From a virus (taxonomy: Duplodnaviria > Caudoviricetes), in IMG/VR virus record IMGVR_UViG_3300036802_000127, positions 1 to 37,454 of that record: DNA of 37,454 bases. One strand, written 5' to 3'. The notes beneath the pieces are model-generated. The model searched no databases, was not told the DNA's origin, and saw nothing but the letters and a program-made list of their open reading frames with translations. A program made the translations under genes and the position numbers. Each line of letters opens with the position of its first letter. The stretch's first letter is position 1. This document shows positions 1-9,695 of this stretch, one piece after another.

Positions 1-172
1 GTAATTCAACATACTCATCGATATAATCCAAGCAATCACCTATTGTCATATCTTCTAAATCTTCTTTTGAGAGTTTGCATGAATAACAAAGAGCAAGGAA
101 TGTATCAACAGAAAAACTACCCTTCCCATTGTTACGCCCTTGCCCTTGATCATCTTCTGTTATTTTTTTTTT
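1..172 (-). CDS. Tail assembly chaperone -1 frameshift extension (lambda gpGT-like), runs off the left edge
   Basis: A10 run (TCA AAA AAA AAA TAA) at the end of the chaperone ORF; the -1 frame is open to base 1 (KITEDDQGQG...MTIGDCLDYIDEYVEL) with no RBS/start of its own near the junction. Confidence 0.75.
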
Positions 173-522
173 GACTGAACTGTACTTTTAATTAAGTCCT
201 GAATTTCAGTGATAATTTCAGCAATCGGAAATTCTCCAAATGTATCAAGCCACGTTAGCGGATCTGGAACCTCTTTATTTGCTGTTTTAGCGAATGCCCA
301 TACTAAGTTATAAATAACTTCAAAATCTAATTTACTTAAATCAACTTGTGAAAGGTCAATATTGCTTTGGTCACCATCAGCTGATATATATGAAGAAAGT
401 ACCCCCAAACCAAGGATATCCGCAAACATATCACGTCTGAATTGCGCCTTATAGCGAATAGCTGTACCGGCCGTACTTTTTAAAAGCACATCTTTCTCAT
501 CAATTGTGATTGTTTTTTCCAT
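160..522 (-). CDS. Tail assembly chaperone (gpG-like)
   Basis: 120 aa, directly downstream of major tail protein, ends in slippery poly-A. Confidence 0.8.
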   Translation of the reverse strand: MEKTITIDEKDVLLKSTAGTAIRYKAQFRRDMFADILGLGVLSSYISADGDQSNIDLSQVDLSKLDFEVIYNLVWAFAKTANKEVPDPLTWLDTFGEFPIAEIITEIQDLIKSTVQSKKK

Positions 523-526
523 CTAG

Positions 527-1099
527 TTACGCCCCCACAACTTTCTCGTAAACTTTTGTATACCATGCATCATAAATGCCAACTGGAGTACCAACAGTTG
601 TTGAAACTTTCACCTTTTGATTTTCCGGATGTTGTGCTGCAACGAATTTCAATTCAGTTGTATTTGGCTCTGTTTTATCACTCTTTGTTGAAGAACCTGC
701 ACCAGGTCGTGAAACAGATACGTTGTAAAGTAAATGTCGAGTCGCTTTCACATCACCATCAAATTCAAACATTAGAGCGATTTTCTTAATTTTTGCATTT
801 GAAACCTCAGTGATAACCTTGTCAGTTTCATCTAAAATTTCTCCTAACACTTCAGTTCGGAACGCTTCAGTAACTTTAGCGATATTTAATGTACCTTCAT
901 ATCCTTGGTTACTTGATTCAGTGTAATAATTACTGTCGTCCGCATAAAAATCTGATTGTTCACCTTTCGGTTCCAATTTCATTTCAACAGCACCTGGTAA
1001 TTTAGCTGGCGTTCCGTATGTGATTTTTCCTGTTTCATCTTCAGTGATAACGCTGTAACGTACTCCCTTTAAACCAAAAGTGACTTTATTTTCTGCCAT
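527..1099 (-). CDS. Major tail (tube) protein, phi13 family
   Basis: 190 aa; NKVTFGLK N-terminus, FYAD motif, GYEGTL; position in tail module. Confidence 0.9.
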   Translation of the reverse strand: MAENKVTFGLKGVRYSVITEDETGKITYGTPAKLPGAVEMKLEPKGEQSDFYADDSNYYTESSNQGYEGTLNIAKVTEAFRTEVLGEILDETDKVITEVSNAKIKKIALMFEFDGDVKATRHLLYNVSVSRPGAGSSTKSDKTEPNTTELKFVAAQHPENQKVKVSTTVGTPVGIYDAWYTKVYEKVVGA

Positions 1100-1432
1100 T
1101 TATATCAACCTCGTTTCGTATATTTTTTGATACATTTTTTCAGATTCAATAGTCCCTTCGATTGGCGAATCATAAGGAATTTCAAAATCATCTAGGACTT
1201 GTTCAAGTTTGGCTTCCGCAACTAAATCCTTTTTAGTTGTATAAAGCTCTATATTTAAATCACTTATCTTGTGGTATACCTTGTTGTCAGCCATTAAATT
1301 AGCTGACCCGTCCGCTAGAAAGCAAATATATGGAAGCTTCGGAACTGGTTTGCCTGGTAACGCTGTGAAATGCGAATAAGCCACAGGTAAACCTGTAGCA
1401 TCAAGAATCTTCTTTAATTCAATTAAATTCAT
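1100..1432 (-). CDS. Tail terminator / completion protein
   Basis: 110 aa immediately upstream of MTP; PYICF and ELYT motifs typical of neck proteins. Confidence 0.75.
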   Translation of the reverse strand: MNLIELKKILDATGLPVAYSHFTALPGKPVPKLPYICFLADGSANLMADNKVYHKISDLNIELYTTKKDLVAEAKLEQVLDDFEIPYDSPIEGTIESEKMYQKIYETRLI

Positions 1433-1785
1433 TGTTGAATCGCCCTTTCGACTCGCTCTAAGTAATCATTAATTGCTTTTTCTTCTTCTGGAGCAATATG
1501 AACCTGAGCTGGAACGCGGCCCCCATCCGCTTTTGCGTGTCCTTTTTCTAACAAATGTGTGAGTTGTGGCTTTAACGCATTGTAAACGATGGTTGATTTT
1601 CCTTCTTTTTTCTTACGCCATCCCTTACGATACTTACCTGTTTTTTTAGGACTATTTTCTTGTAATCCATCCACAAGATTATCTGTAACAACTTCTTGAA
1701 TGTTTTCTAAGTCCTCTTCTACTAGGTGAGAGTACCTTTGTAATTCCCTAGTAATTTCACTAGCAAAATCATTAATACTAGCCAC
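1429..1785 (-). CDS. HK97 gp10-family neck protein
   Basis: SPKKTGKYRKGW and HLLEKGH motifs. Confidence 0.85.
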   Translation of the reverse strand: MASINDFASEITRELQRYSHLVEEDLENIQEVVTDNLVDGLQENSPKKTGKYRKGWRKKKEGKSTIVYNALKPQLTHLLEKGHAKADGGRVPAQVHIAPEEEKAINDYLERVERAIQQ

Positions 1786-2122
1786 CAGCTTTCACCTCGC
1801 AATAAATTTCTGTGAATCCATCAGATCGTGGAAAGGTTCGATAGACTATATATTTTTGATTTTCATATATTAATGATGTTTCATCATCGTATTCATCAGA
1901 ATCTACAACAAATAAGAGTTGTGGTTTCAATCCAAGTTGCCCACCTGCCAAGAATTCTTGACGATTAATACTTAATTTAGAACAAAAGATTTGTCTTGGT
2001 ATTTCGTTTGTACCAATTACTTGTCCTAGTTCATCTTTTTCGGTTTCAATGAAAATCAAAAAGCACACATCATCTAGTGATATGCGCTTTGAATTTCCTA
2101 CACTTGATTTAAGTGATGGCAT
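1778..2122 (-). CDS. Head closure / head-tail adaptor (SPP1 gp16-like)
   Basis: 114 aa; DELGQ, INRQEF, YIVYRT pattern; synteny. Confidence 0.75.
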   Translation of the reverse strand: MPSLKSSVGNSKRISLDDVCFLIFIETEKDELGQVIGTNEIPRQIFCSKLSINRQEFLAGGQLGLKPQLLFVVDSDEYDDETSLIYENQKYIVYRTFPRSDGFTEIYCEVKAGG

Positions 2123-2402
2123 TTGTAATCCCTGCCTTCTTGATAACCCTATTGTTAATCCTAAACTGTAAATTTCGAGATAATGGAGTATCTACTTGTC
2201 GGTTTCGATAGGACCACGCTGCATAATCGACAGTTAACATTTGGTCATCCACACTTTCAAAATCTAATACAATTCCTGTTCTCTCAATCTCATTTTGTGA
2301 ACTAACTAGCAAATTATTAAAATAAGCATCCCTCAAATCGTGAGTGATGCCTAAATCAAGTTTTAATAAATTTAATAGAGTAGCTTTTACTTGCTCATTC
2401 AT
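2109..2402 (-). CDS. Head-tail connector (gp6-like)
   Basis: 97 aa; LKLDLGI...D.YF..L, YRNR motif; follows capsid. Confidence 0.8.
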   Translation of the reverse strand: MNEQVKATLLNLLKLDLGITHDLRDAYFNNLLVSSQNEIERTGIVLDFESVDDQMLTVDYAAWSYRNRQVDTPLSRNLQFRINNRVIKKAGITNAIT

Positions 2403-2574
2403 CGCCTTTTAGTTCCTTGATTAAAGGCTCACCTCTAAGGTTTTCACTCCCTGAAAGTTCTTCAGCTCGTTCTTTCTTAGCTCGTCCCTTGTAGGGATAA
2501 TGATCTCCCTGGCGATAAACATGATTATCATCTTGTAAGTCTGCAAAATCTTCTAAGACCACATATTTAGCCAT
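2395..2574 (-). CDS. Small head-associated hypothetical protein (59 aa, not in ORF track)
   Basis: AAGGAG RBS; MAKYVVLEDFADLQDDNHVYRQGDHYP...; overlaps start of connector gene. Confidence 0.75.
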   Translation of the reverse strand: MAKYVVLEDFADLQDDNHVYRQGDHYPYKGRAKKERAEELSGSENLRGEPLIKELKGDE

Positions 2575-2590
2575 TCAGAATCACTCCTTT

Positions 2591-3760
2591 TTATGCTCCA
2601 GCTGGTGCTGCTGTGTAAGTGATGTAGTAGCCAGCTTTTTTATCTACAGCTTTTGTATCAAATCGAACGAAACCAGCTAATAATTGACCGTAAATGTCAT
2701 TATCAGTCCACTTAACAGAAGCCTTTTTACGATCAAATAAAGTACAGAATTCATAAGCATCACCTACAAATCCTACTAAGTCCCCGGCTTTTGTTCCGAT
2801 CATATCATCATCTAAAACAACAACCTCTTTGCTCTTAACACGTTTACCAGATGCGACAGTAATATCATCTTGTAATAAATAGCGACCATTTTTATCTTTT
2901 AATAGGTCTAATGCGTTAAATAATGAAGATGATACATAGAATTTCACGTTATAAACTTGTTTAAATCCAGTGTTTAGTAACGTAACAATTCCATCTAATC
3001 CCGTTACAGGTTTAGCTGTAGCTGTTTTAAAGATAGCTGAAATTTTAGCGTTCTTTGTATTTAAGTCTTGGTCCTGGATATCTTCTGCAATTAGACCTGA
3101 AATATCATAATCTGCATCATCAATAGCTTCCTGAGAAACCGGAATATAACCACGGTATGTTTCAACGTCGTATGTCACTTCTTCAAAAGTTGGTTTTGCA
3201 AGCTCTGGATTTTTAGCAAGTTCTGCAACAGAAATCATTTTCCCATTCGATTTCTTGATAATTGGATATTTACCAGAACCACGATTAACTGGAATTTTAC
3301 GAACATACTTTGTTAAATCGACTGTATCAACAAGTTCTTTTTGTGGTTTTAATAATTCTTCTGGAATTAATGCTCCACCTTCCACAGATGTGAATCCAGC
3401 GCGTGTTTGGTCTTTATCACGTACATAAGCATTAATTGCTTCACGTGTTTCAATTTGGTTTGGCATATTACGTTTCGCTCCTTTTTTTGGTGATTTACGA
3501 TTGGATGATTCTAATTCTTTTTCAAGTTCTTCAATTTCTTCTGTTAACTTTGTTTTTTCTTCCTCAGAAGAAGCAATTTCATCATCATTTTCTTTAACAC
3601 TCGCTTCAATTGCGGTTAAATCCTCTTCATTTTCAATTGCATCAATAGAAGCTTCTAACTCGCTACGTTTTGCAAGTAGTTCAGTTAACTTTCCCTCCAC
3701 AGTTGTTAGAGAATTACGCTTCATGTTTAACTTAGCACCAATTAATACTGGATTAGGCAT
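2591..3760 (-). CDS. Major capsid protein, HK97 fold with N-terminal coiled-coil scaffold (delta) domain
   Basis: 389 aa; acidic coiled-coil N-terminus, GGALIPEE, LKDKNGRYL motifs. Confidence 0.93.
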   Translation of the reverse strand: MPNPVLIGAKLNMKRNSLTTVEGKLTELLAKRSELEASIDAIENEEDLTAIEASVKENDDEIASSEEEKTKLTEEIEELEKELESSNRKSPKKGAKRNMPNQIETREAINAYVRDKDQTRAGFTSVEGGALIPEELLKPQKELVDTVDLTKYVRKIPVNRGSGKYPIIKKSNGKMISVAELAKNPELAKPTFEEVTYDVETYRGYIPVSQEAIDDADYDISGLIAEDIQDQDLNTKNAKISAIFKTATAKPVTGLDGIVTLLNTGFKQVYNVKFYVSSSLFNALDLLKDKNGRYLLQDDITVASGKRVKSKEVVVLDDDMIGTKAGDLVGFVGDAYEFCTLFDRKKASVKWTDNDIYGQLLAGFVRFDTKAVDKKAGYYITYTAAPAGA

Positions 3761-4334
3761 TGGTTAATCGCTCCTTTAATTGTTTTTTTCTTTGTTCAAG
3801 CCTTTGCTTCTTGATGGTTTCAACATCTTTTTGTCGGGCCATAATATCCGTTTGTGGATATGCTGGGAATGCTGTAATTGAAACCTCGTGTAATTCGGCT
3901 TCAGTGATTCTCCACTTCATCGTCCCATCATCACGTGTGATTTGGTCCTCCTTAGTTGGGTAAAAACCAAATGAACAACCACGCACTTTACCAGTCTGTA
4001 CTTTACGATAGGCACTCTTTGCGTTCGGATCTTCTAAGTCGATAATTGCTTTACCCCATAAACCGTGATTGTCGGACTTTAATTCAAGTGTGTCGCTGCC
4101 AAAACTAGCTAAAACCATTCTTGAATCGTGATTATCCAGGCACATAATGTCATTGTTACGTAAACTAATTTCAAATGCTCCTGGAGCAACTTCTTCAAAC
4201 GCTCCTGGCCATAATTCAGTTTCTTGATCATAGACAACAAAATATCCCTCAATCACCGCTTCATTTTCGTTTTCACTAGCTCTTGTTTTTAATTCTGACG
4301 TGAAATGCATATGACGTTTATTCATTGTTCTCAC
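3753..4334 (-). CDS. HK97-family prohead protease (peptidase S78)
   Basis: IEGYF, NHD, GCSFGF, LHEVSITAFPAYP motifs. Confidence 0.93.
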   Translation of the reverse strand: MRTMNKRHMHFTSELKTRASENENEAVIEGYFVVYDQETELWPGAFEEVAPGAFEISLRNNDIMCLDNHDSRMVLASFGSDTLELKSDNHGLWGKAIIDLEDPNAKSAYRKVQTGKVRGCSFGFYPTKEDQITRDDGTMKWRITEAELHEVSITAFPAYPQTDIMARQKDVETIKKQRLEQRKKQLKERLTNA

Positions 4335-5487
4335 CCCCTTTCAATTTGTTTTGACTACCAATCTTATTAGCTGGAATATAGTTTTCTAAGATGATAAGTT
4401 CTTGCATCTCAGCATCAGGATCTAAGCCAACCCAATCACGTAATTCATTTCTTCGCATTGCATTTCGGTCGACCATTTGCGTTCCTGCTGCCACCATTTC
4501 GCTTAAATTGTATGAATATAAGCTGCGTGGATTTAAACGGAAGAACCAATTCGGGCTGAATAGTAAATCACGCGTTAATGTTTGTGCTATTACTTGTCCT
4601 ATTGAAAAAATACGAGTATTAATGAAATTGTTGTATTCTTCTTTATTGAAATCACCAACACCTAAGAAAAATGCCGGAATCCCAAAGAGTCCAGCAACAG
4701 TTTTCTTATCTAATTCAACGCCTTCATTAATAGCAATATCCTTTAGTGATAAAGGCTTTACTTGTTCGACTTTGATTAAATCAGCCGGAATGATCCAAGG
4801 CTTACCGCCTTCTGTTTCCGCGAAATATTTAGCCATGATATTATCTCGTCCTTCTTTACTGGACAATTCCTCTGTCATAGCATCCACAGAAATGATAAGT
4901 GATGGCATATACTTGCCACTCATGAAATTATTCTTTGTTTTTGTAGCCTGATTTAAGTTTTTAACGATTTCCTTTAGTGCCACCCTATATCCTGTACCAC
5001 GATACGGATAATTTGGATGAGGATTAATTACAAAGTGAATTACCTCGTCTGGCGTGTATGTTGTGCCGTTGAAGTTGATGAGGTAGTTGCCCTCCACATC
5101 TTCATAGCTCACAGCTTGCATTTGAAATGGTGTTAAATCATCAATGTAAGTTGTTTGTGGATCAATACCAATGTGGACGATAGAATTACCATCACCATGA
5201 AGTAATAAATCACTAACAATCTTATAAATCCAGCTCTTTCGCGTCATATTTCGATGCGGTTCAATGTCTATCTTTCGTGACAACTGATTTCGTAATCGTT
5301 TATCACCTTCATCTGTATTTTCCATGAGATGAATGGTCATATTTGAAACCAGATCAGCAATTTTATCTACTGCAATTAATACGTCTGGATTGTCTGAAAG
5401 CCTTGTATAACCGACTGTTTCAACATCGCCAATTGCAAATGGAACCGTAACGGCTGAACGTGTTTTTCTCTTCCTCCAAAATGCCAA
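4318..5487 (-). CDS. Portal protein, HK97 family
   Basis: 389 aa between terL and protease; LLLHGDG, DEVIHF, AGLFGIP, RNELRDWVGL; TTG start after GGAGG. Confidence 0.92.
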   Translation of the reverse strand: MAFWRKRKTRSAVTVPFAIGDVETVGYTRLSDNPDVLIAVDKIADLVSNMTIHLMENTDEGDKRLRNQLSRKIDIEPHRNMTRKSWIYKIVSDLLLHGDGNSIVHIGIDPQTTYIDDLTPFQMQAVSYEDVEGNYLINFNGTTYTPDEVIHFVINPHPNYPYRGTGYRVALKEIVKNLNQATKTKNNFMSGKYMPSLIISVDAMTEELSSKEGRDNIMAKYFAETEGGKPWIIPADLIKVEQVKPLSLKDIAINEGVELDKKTVAGLFGIPAFFLGVGDFNKEEYNNFINTRIFSIGQVIAQTLTRDLLFSPNWFFRLNPRSLYSYNLSEMVAAGTQMVDRNAMRRNELRDWVGLDPDAEMQELIILENYIPANKIGSQNKLKGGENNE

Positions 5488-5509
5488 AGATTACACCTCC
5501 TTCCTATGA

Positions 5510-7237
5510 TTAGTTTTCTAGCCAAGTTGAAGCATCAACAGCTTTTTCAAAGTTTTCAAGCATACGAATTGCACCAAAAACAGACGCATCAAAAATATCA
5601 ATGCGTTGGTTTGGCATAACTTTTTCGTATTGGATCATATCGTCAGTCTTTTCAATTGCAGCAACGTTTTGTACGCAATATTCAAACGCTTGTGAATGTA
5701 AGTAATAAAACTCGCCATCCTTCGTTTTCTTCTCAATACGTCTGAAACCCTCAGACTTTTTGTGGAAGTATTGCGGTTGGTCAATCATTGCAAAGCCTTT
5801 TTTCTTCATTGCAAGGAAAAACTCACGACTAAACTTTCTATCAAAACCAACTTGTTTAATTTTGAATCCACTTTGCTTCATTTTGATAAACCAATTAACA
5901 ATATCAGAGTGATTTACAGTTGGTGTATTACACATCGTCAACCAACCGTCATCTTTCCAGCCAAATAACGGAATGTTATCATCTTCAGCCTTTTGAGTAG
6001 CAGCTACAATTGGGAACCAAGCATGAGTTATAACAATATCTACACCTTTATAATTCCCATATAAAGCGGCTGCTGTTAAATCATGCATTTTTGATAAGTC
6101 GGCACCGCCAAACCAATCAATTTTCAACTTAGATAACTCTTCAAGCGTCCAATTATGCTTTTTATCAGAAGTTTTAAACTCATCTAAATTGAAATAAGCA
6201 CGAATTGCAGAGGTATAAATGTTTAATGACTTCGCTAAAAAGTCTTTCCTTTGCTGTGGATCGTTTTGGGCTTGTAATGCATCATTCATAATGTCATTCG
6301 GGCGAATCGAAACACCATAAGCAGGGTTTGCTTTTTGATGTTCAATTGCACTTGTGTAGTCCACATTTCCTTTTTCATCTTCATCAGCCTTTGCAATGAA
6401 TACAAAATAAGCTTCGTCTTTCACAGTGCCATCAAGTATCTTTTTACAATACTGCAAACGCTGATAACAGAAGCTTGTCATATCATCACCAGCCGTTGTA
6501 ATACCAATCATTAGTTTATTTGTGTAAGCTTTCATGGCTTCTTTGATGATGTTATATTGTTTGGGTGTTTTATAAGCGTGTAACTCATCAGCAATTGCGA
6601 TATTACAGTTTAATGAGTCCTGTTTATCTGGATTTGCTGCTAATGCTTGAATATAAAGAGAGCCATCACCAAGATCACCCGAAATGGAATGTTCCTGGTT
6701 ATTATCGATAACGCGGAAATTCTCTTTTTCACCCATTTGATCTAAGTTGAAATTGATAAAGTTGAAACTTTCAAGCGATTGCTTCAATGCTGCAGCCACA
6801 ATATAAACTTTACTACCTGACTTTCTATTTAAAAGACCAAGGGCCCAAGCTAGTGCCGCAGCAAACGATGTTTTAATATTTTTCCGTGGAATATAAATAA
6901 ACGCTTCTTTAAAGCGCCTAATCTTTGTTCCTTTATGATAAAAACCAAGCAAATTATAAACCTGGTACTTATGAAATGGTTCTAATAAAAACGGTGTTCC
7001 GCGTAACGGTGTACCATCTAGCATCTCACCTTGAGCATGTACAAATGTTTTTTCGATGATTCCTATAACAAATTCCGCATCTTTTGGATTAAATACATAT
7101 TCAGGATTCTTTAAATCGTTGAAAAAACGTTCACAGCCCTGTATTTGTTCCTTATTTGCTAACTTTCTACCTTCTACGATACTTGCCGCATACTCCATTA
7201 CAAGATCATAGTTTTTGTACTCAGCCTTCGAAACCAC
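5510..7237 (-). CDS. terL: Terminase large subunit
   Basis: 575 aa; Walker A IPRKNIKT, Walker B IADELH, GITTAG, nuclease DLS...DLT and RIDIFDA. Confidence 0.95.
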   Translation of the reverse strand: MVSKAEYKNYDLVMEYAASIVEGRKLANKEQIQGCERFFNDLKNPEYVFNPKDAEFVIGIIEKTFVHAQGEMLDGTPLRGTPFLLEPFHKYQVYNLLGFYHKGTKIRRFKEAFIYIPRKNIKTSFAAALAWALGLLNRKSGSKVYIVAAALKQSLESFNFINFNLDQMGEKENFRVIDNNQEHSISGDLGDGSLYIQALAANPDKQDSLNCNIAIADELHAYKTPKQYNIIKEAMKAYTNKLMIGITTAGDDMTSFCYQRLQYCKKILDGTVKDEAYFVFIAKADEDEKGNVDYTSAIEHQKANPAYGVSIRPNDIMNDALQAQNDPQQRKDFLAKSLNIYTSAIRAYFNLDEFKTSDKKHNWTLEELSKLKIDWFGGADLSKMHDLTAAALYGNYKGVDIVITHAWFPIVAATQKAEDDNIPLFGWKDDGWLTMCNTPTVNHSDIVNWFIKMKQSGFKIKQVGFDRKFSREFFLAMKKKGFAMIDQPQYFHKKSEGFRRIEKKTKDGEFYYLHSQAFEYCVQNVAAIEKTDDMIQYEKVMPNQRIDIFDASVFGAIRMLENFEKAVDASTWLEN

Positions 7238-7598
7238 TTAAGGCCTGCCCTAATTTTGATTGTTTTTTCTTTTTCTTTTCCGTTTCAGTAACAAAAGATT
7301 TTGGGTTAAGGCATAAACGGTCAGAGTATGCGAGTATGTCTTTCCGTAAATTTTCAAGGGTCGCAACTATCGCAGACTTTTTAGTTCCACCTGCTGCAGT
7401 TTCAGTTTCATATTGATAATTGCTTTCCTTGAATTTTTCATTTGCATCATGATACTGAGCTAATAAATCAGAATAAATGGAGATAATCGCATCATATTCT
7501 TGTTTATAAGTACCTAAACCCTTCATATCTTCAATTACTTTTTCTTTAATAGAAAGTGCTTCAAATTCGACCATATCAGCCTCTTTACGACGTGCCAC
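7221..7598 (-). CDS. terS: Terminase small subunit, P27 family
   Basis: 125 aa overlapping terL start; LCLNPKS motif. Confidence 0.88.
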   Translation of the reverse strand: MARRKEADMVEFEALSIKEKVIEDMKGLGTYKQEYDAIISIYSDLLAQYHDANEKFKESNYQYETETAAGGTKKSAIVATLENLRKDILAYSDRLCLNPKSFVTETEKKKKKQSKLGQALSGFEG

Positions 7599-7620
7599 CC
7601 TCTCACCTCCCTCAAAAAAA

Positions 7621-7704
7621 GTTTTTCCAGAAGTCGCTCTATTGGAAAAAGCTCCCCCTCTCGGTCCCCAATAAGCTTTTTTATTTATTTTGTAAGTGGG
7701 GGGG
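7621..7704. other. Putative cos (cohesive end) packaging region
   Basis: GC-rich GGGGACCGAGAGGGGG (minus strand, 7653-7669), G7 run at 7698-7704 and TTTTTCCA...TGGAAAAA inverted repeat just upstream of terS, typical of HNH/P27-terS cos phages. Confidence 0.6.
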
Positions 7705-7712
7705 ATATAAAT

Positions 7713-8018
7713 TTATTGAGAATATCCTGTAATCTTTTCTTTTAATAGTTTCTGTGCTGTTTGAATTGCATCAATACATCTATCATCAGCTACATCTTTA
7801 ATCATTTGTTCTTCGATTGTTACAAGGAATACATAAGCTAATTCATAAGACATGTCTTTATGTTTAGTGCTATCTTCAAATGCTCCAATTGATTCAAGCA
7901 TTGGATACATTGATATACTTCCACACTCTTTACACTTTGCTCCACCTTCTACACGTAACTTTGTACTAACTGAGTGACCACAATTACGACACTTATATTC
8001 GATTAACTTATCACTCAT
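7713..8018 (-). CDS. Hypothetical protein with N-terminal zinc ribbon
   Basis: CRNC...CKEC; overlaps HNH stop. Confidence 0.7.
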   Translation of the reverse strand: MSDKLIEYKCRNCGHSVSTKLRVEGGAKCKECGSISMYPMLESIGAFEDSTKHKDMSYELAYVFLVTIEEQMIKDVADDRCIDAIQTAQKLLKEKITGYSQ

Positions 8019-8301
8019 TCTCCCTCATCCTTTCCACACGTTCTATCCATTGCTTACCTAACTCTGTTAACTCATCACTGATACGATCATGCATCTTATC
8101 GTGACATCTTCCACACAGGCTAACCAGATTACTTGTTGTGAGTCTTAGCTCCGGTCTATTCCTTAATGGATGGATATGATGTACTGTTGTTGCTTCTTTG
8201 TTCTTGCCATATCGTTTACACTCTTGGCATTGGTATGAGTCACGCTTTAATACTGTTGTGCGTTTGTTCTTCCATCGTTTTGTTTTGTAGAAGTTAGTCA
8301 A
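8011..8301 (-). CDS. HNH endonuclease (terminase-associated, HK97 gp74-like)
   Basis: CQEC...VHHI...NLVSLCGRCHDKMH. Confidence 0.92.
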   Translation of the reverse strand: MTNFYKTKRWKNKRTTVLKRDSYQCQECKRYGKNKEATTVHHIHPLRNRPELRLTTSNLVSLCGRCHDKMHDRISDELTELGKQWIERVERMRENE

Positions 8302-8317
8302 TGTTTCTCGCTCCTTA

Positions 8318-8539
8318 CTATTCTCCTAATAACTCACGTAACTTCGGATGTCTCCATTCATACTTGAAGTAACCACTATTATCTAACTTCAAAACATCAA
8401 GCATCTTACACGCCTCTGTATTCGTCATTCCGTACATACTTCTTAAATAGTTATAAGCTTTCTGAATTTCACTCTTCCGTGAACTCTCACGCCAGTTGAC
8501 TAATGTATTGATTAAGTAATGGCTAATCATTACCTTCAC
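8318..8539 (-). CDS. Hypothetical protein
   Basis: 73 aa; GTG start coupled to upstream stop. Confidence 0.6.
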   Translation of the reverse strand: MKVMISHYLINTLVNWRESSRKSEIQKAYNYLRSMYGMTNTEACKMLDVLKLDNSGYFKYEWRHPKLRELLGE

Positions 8540-8670
8540 TCCTTATCGTCACTGTCCGCATATAAATCTTCTTCTTTCATAGGTTTCACTAATATTGGTG
8601 TACCAAATGTCCCATCCTCATTACGTACAGCAAAATAGATTTCTTTTGCAATATCTTTAGTTGGCATCAT
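8536..8670 (-). CDS. Small hypothetical protein (44 aa, not in ORF track)
   Basis: GGAGGAGG RBS; MMPTKDIAKEIYFAVRNEDGTFGTP... Confidence 0.6.
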   Translation of the reverse strand: MMPTKDIAKEIYFAVRNEDGTFGTPILVKPMKEEDLYADSDDKE

Positions 8671-8753
8671 TCATCCTCCTCCAAAATAAAAAGCACCCGA
8701 ATGGATGCTATAGTTTTATTATTTCACTTTAAATCAATATCGATATCATAATA

Positions 8754-8837
8754 AATTAGTAAAAATGTAAACATAGGTTAATGGGTAAGAATATAGAATT
8801 CTTACAGAAAGACTTATGTTTACATTCATTTCTAATT
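8754..8837. repeat. Long imperfect inverted repeat made of two inverted dif-like 28-bp sites
   Basis: AATGTAAACATAGG (8764-8777) pairs with CTTATGTTTACATT (8813-8826); GTAAGAAT (8785-8792) pairs with ATTCTTAC (8798-8805). Confidence 0.7.
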
Positions 8838-8921
8838 ACCTAACAAAGAATGTATACATTACTGTCTATACATATCATTTATAAATATAGTCCGGTACGT
8901 GATATTTTAATATCCACTCAT

Positions 8922-8957
8922 AAACAAAAGAGCAACCGTTTCATTCAGTTGCCCTTT
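8922..8957 (-). terminator. Rho-independent terminator-like hairpin downstream of late activator
   Basis: Minus strand AAAGGGCAACTG-aatgaaa-CGGTTGCTCTTTTGTTT. Confidence 0.65.
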
Positions 8958-8977
8958 CGTCAATTCTTTATACTATT

Positions 8978-9022
8978 ACTATAAACCCTTTTTGCAATAG
9001 TTAACATGAACTGAAGTGAACT
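8978..9022 (-). promoter_or_regulatory. Putative activator-dependent late promoter
   Basis: -10 TATAGT (8983-8978), weak -35, AGTTCA direct repeats in 10-bp phase (9007-9012, 9017-9022) just after the activator gene. Confidence 0.45.
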
Positions 9023-9032
9023 TAATGTTTTG

Positions 9033-9422
9033 TTAACTTAGTTTTTGAGCATATTCAATCATACGCTTTATTTGCGAATGTTTATTATAGATATAACGCG
9101 GACTGTAATCTAACTCTTCAGCAAGCTTTTCCAATGTCTTGCCCTCCACATACTTGCCATACATAATCTTGTGTTCCAAGCCGTGAAACGTACTAATTAC
9201 CTTTTTGAAATCAAACATGTCATTCATCTTATGAGCTAAATCATGTTCACGTACAGCAATACGATCTTCCAACTTCCCTCCTTCTGACCCTTCAGTTAAT
9301 CGTACTTCTTGTAAGTCACCATACACCCAACGTTTTAATTCTTTCTTGCTTCTATCTAAATCACTTTCTAAGTAGATAATTTCATCTTCTAATTTATGAT
9401 AATCTTTTAACCATTCTAACAT
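9033..9422 (-). CDS. ArpU/RinA-like (DUF1492-type) late transcription activator
   Basis: C-terminal sigma4-like HTH (KYVEGKTLEKLAEELDYS); last early gene before packaging module; ATG 9422 after GAGGTG. Confidence 0.82.
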   Translation of the reverse strand: MLEWLKDYHKLEDEIIYLESDLDRSKKELKRWVYGDLQEVRLTEGSEGGKLEDRIAVREHDLAHKMNDMFDFKKVISTFHGLEHKIMYGKYVEGKTLEKLAEELDYSPRYIYNKHSQIKRMIEYAQKLS

Positions 9423-9440
9423 TGTGTATGCCACCTCACT

Positions 9441-9677
9441 TTATCTAATATATCCGCTTCCACCTTCAAGTACTTTATCTCCAATGTGAATGAAACATTT
9501 ATCAAACGTTTTAGCTGGTGTAAGGTTCACTTTAAATCCATCTATTTCTTCAATCCTTTGAACCTTTATGTTTATCCCATGACCTTCTCTTTTATGAGCC
9601 TCTTTCACAGCTTCTTCTAAATTTTCTCTTACAAGAAAGTACGTATTCCATAGCGTATCTACCAAAAACAATTCCAT
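9441..9677 (-). CDS. Hypothetical protein
   Basis: 78 aa with GAGGTG RBS. Confidence 0.65.
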   Translation of the reverse strand: MELFLVDTLWNTYFLVRENLEEAVKEAHKREGHGINIKVQRIEEIDGFKVNLTPAKTFDKCFIHIGDKVLEGGSGYIR

Positions 9678-9695
9678 TCAGATAATACACCTCAC

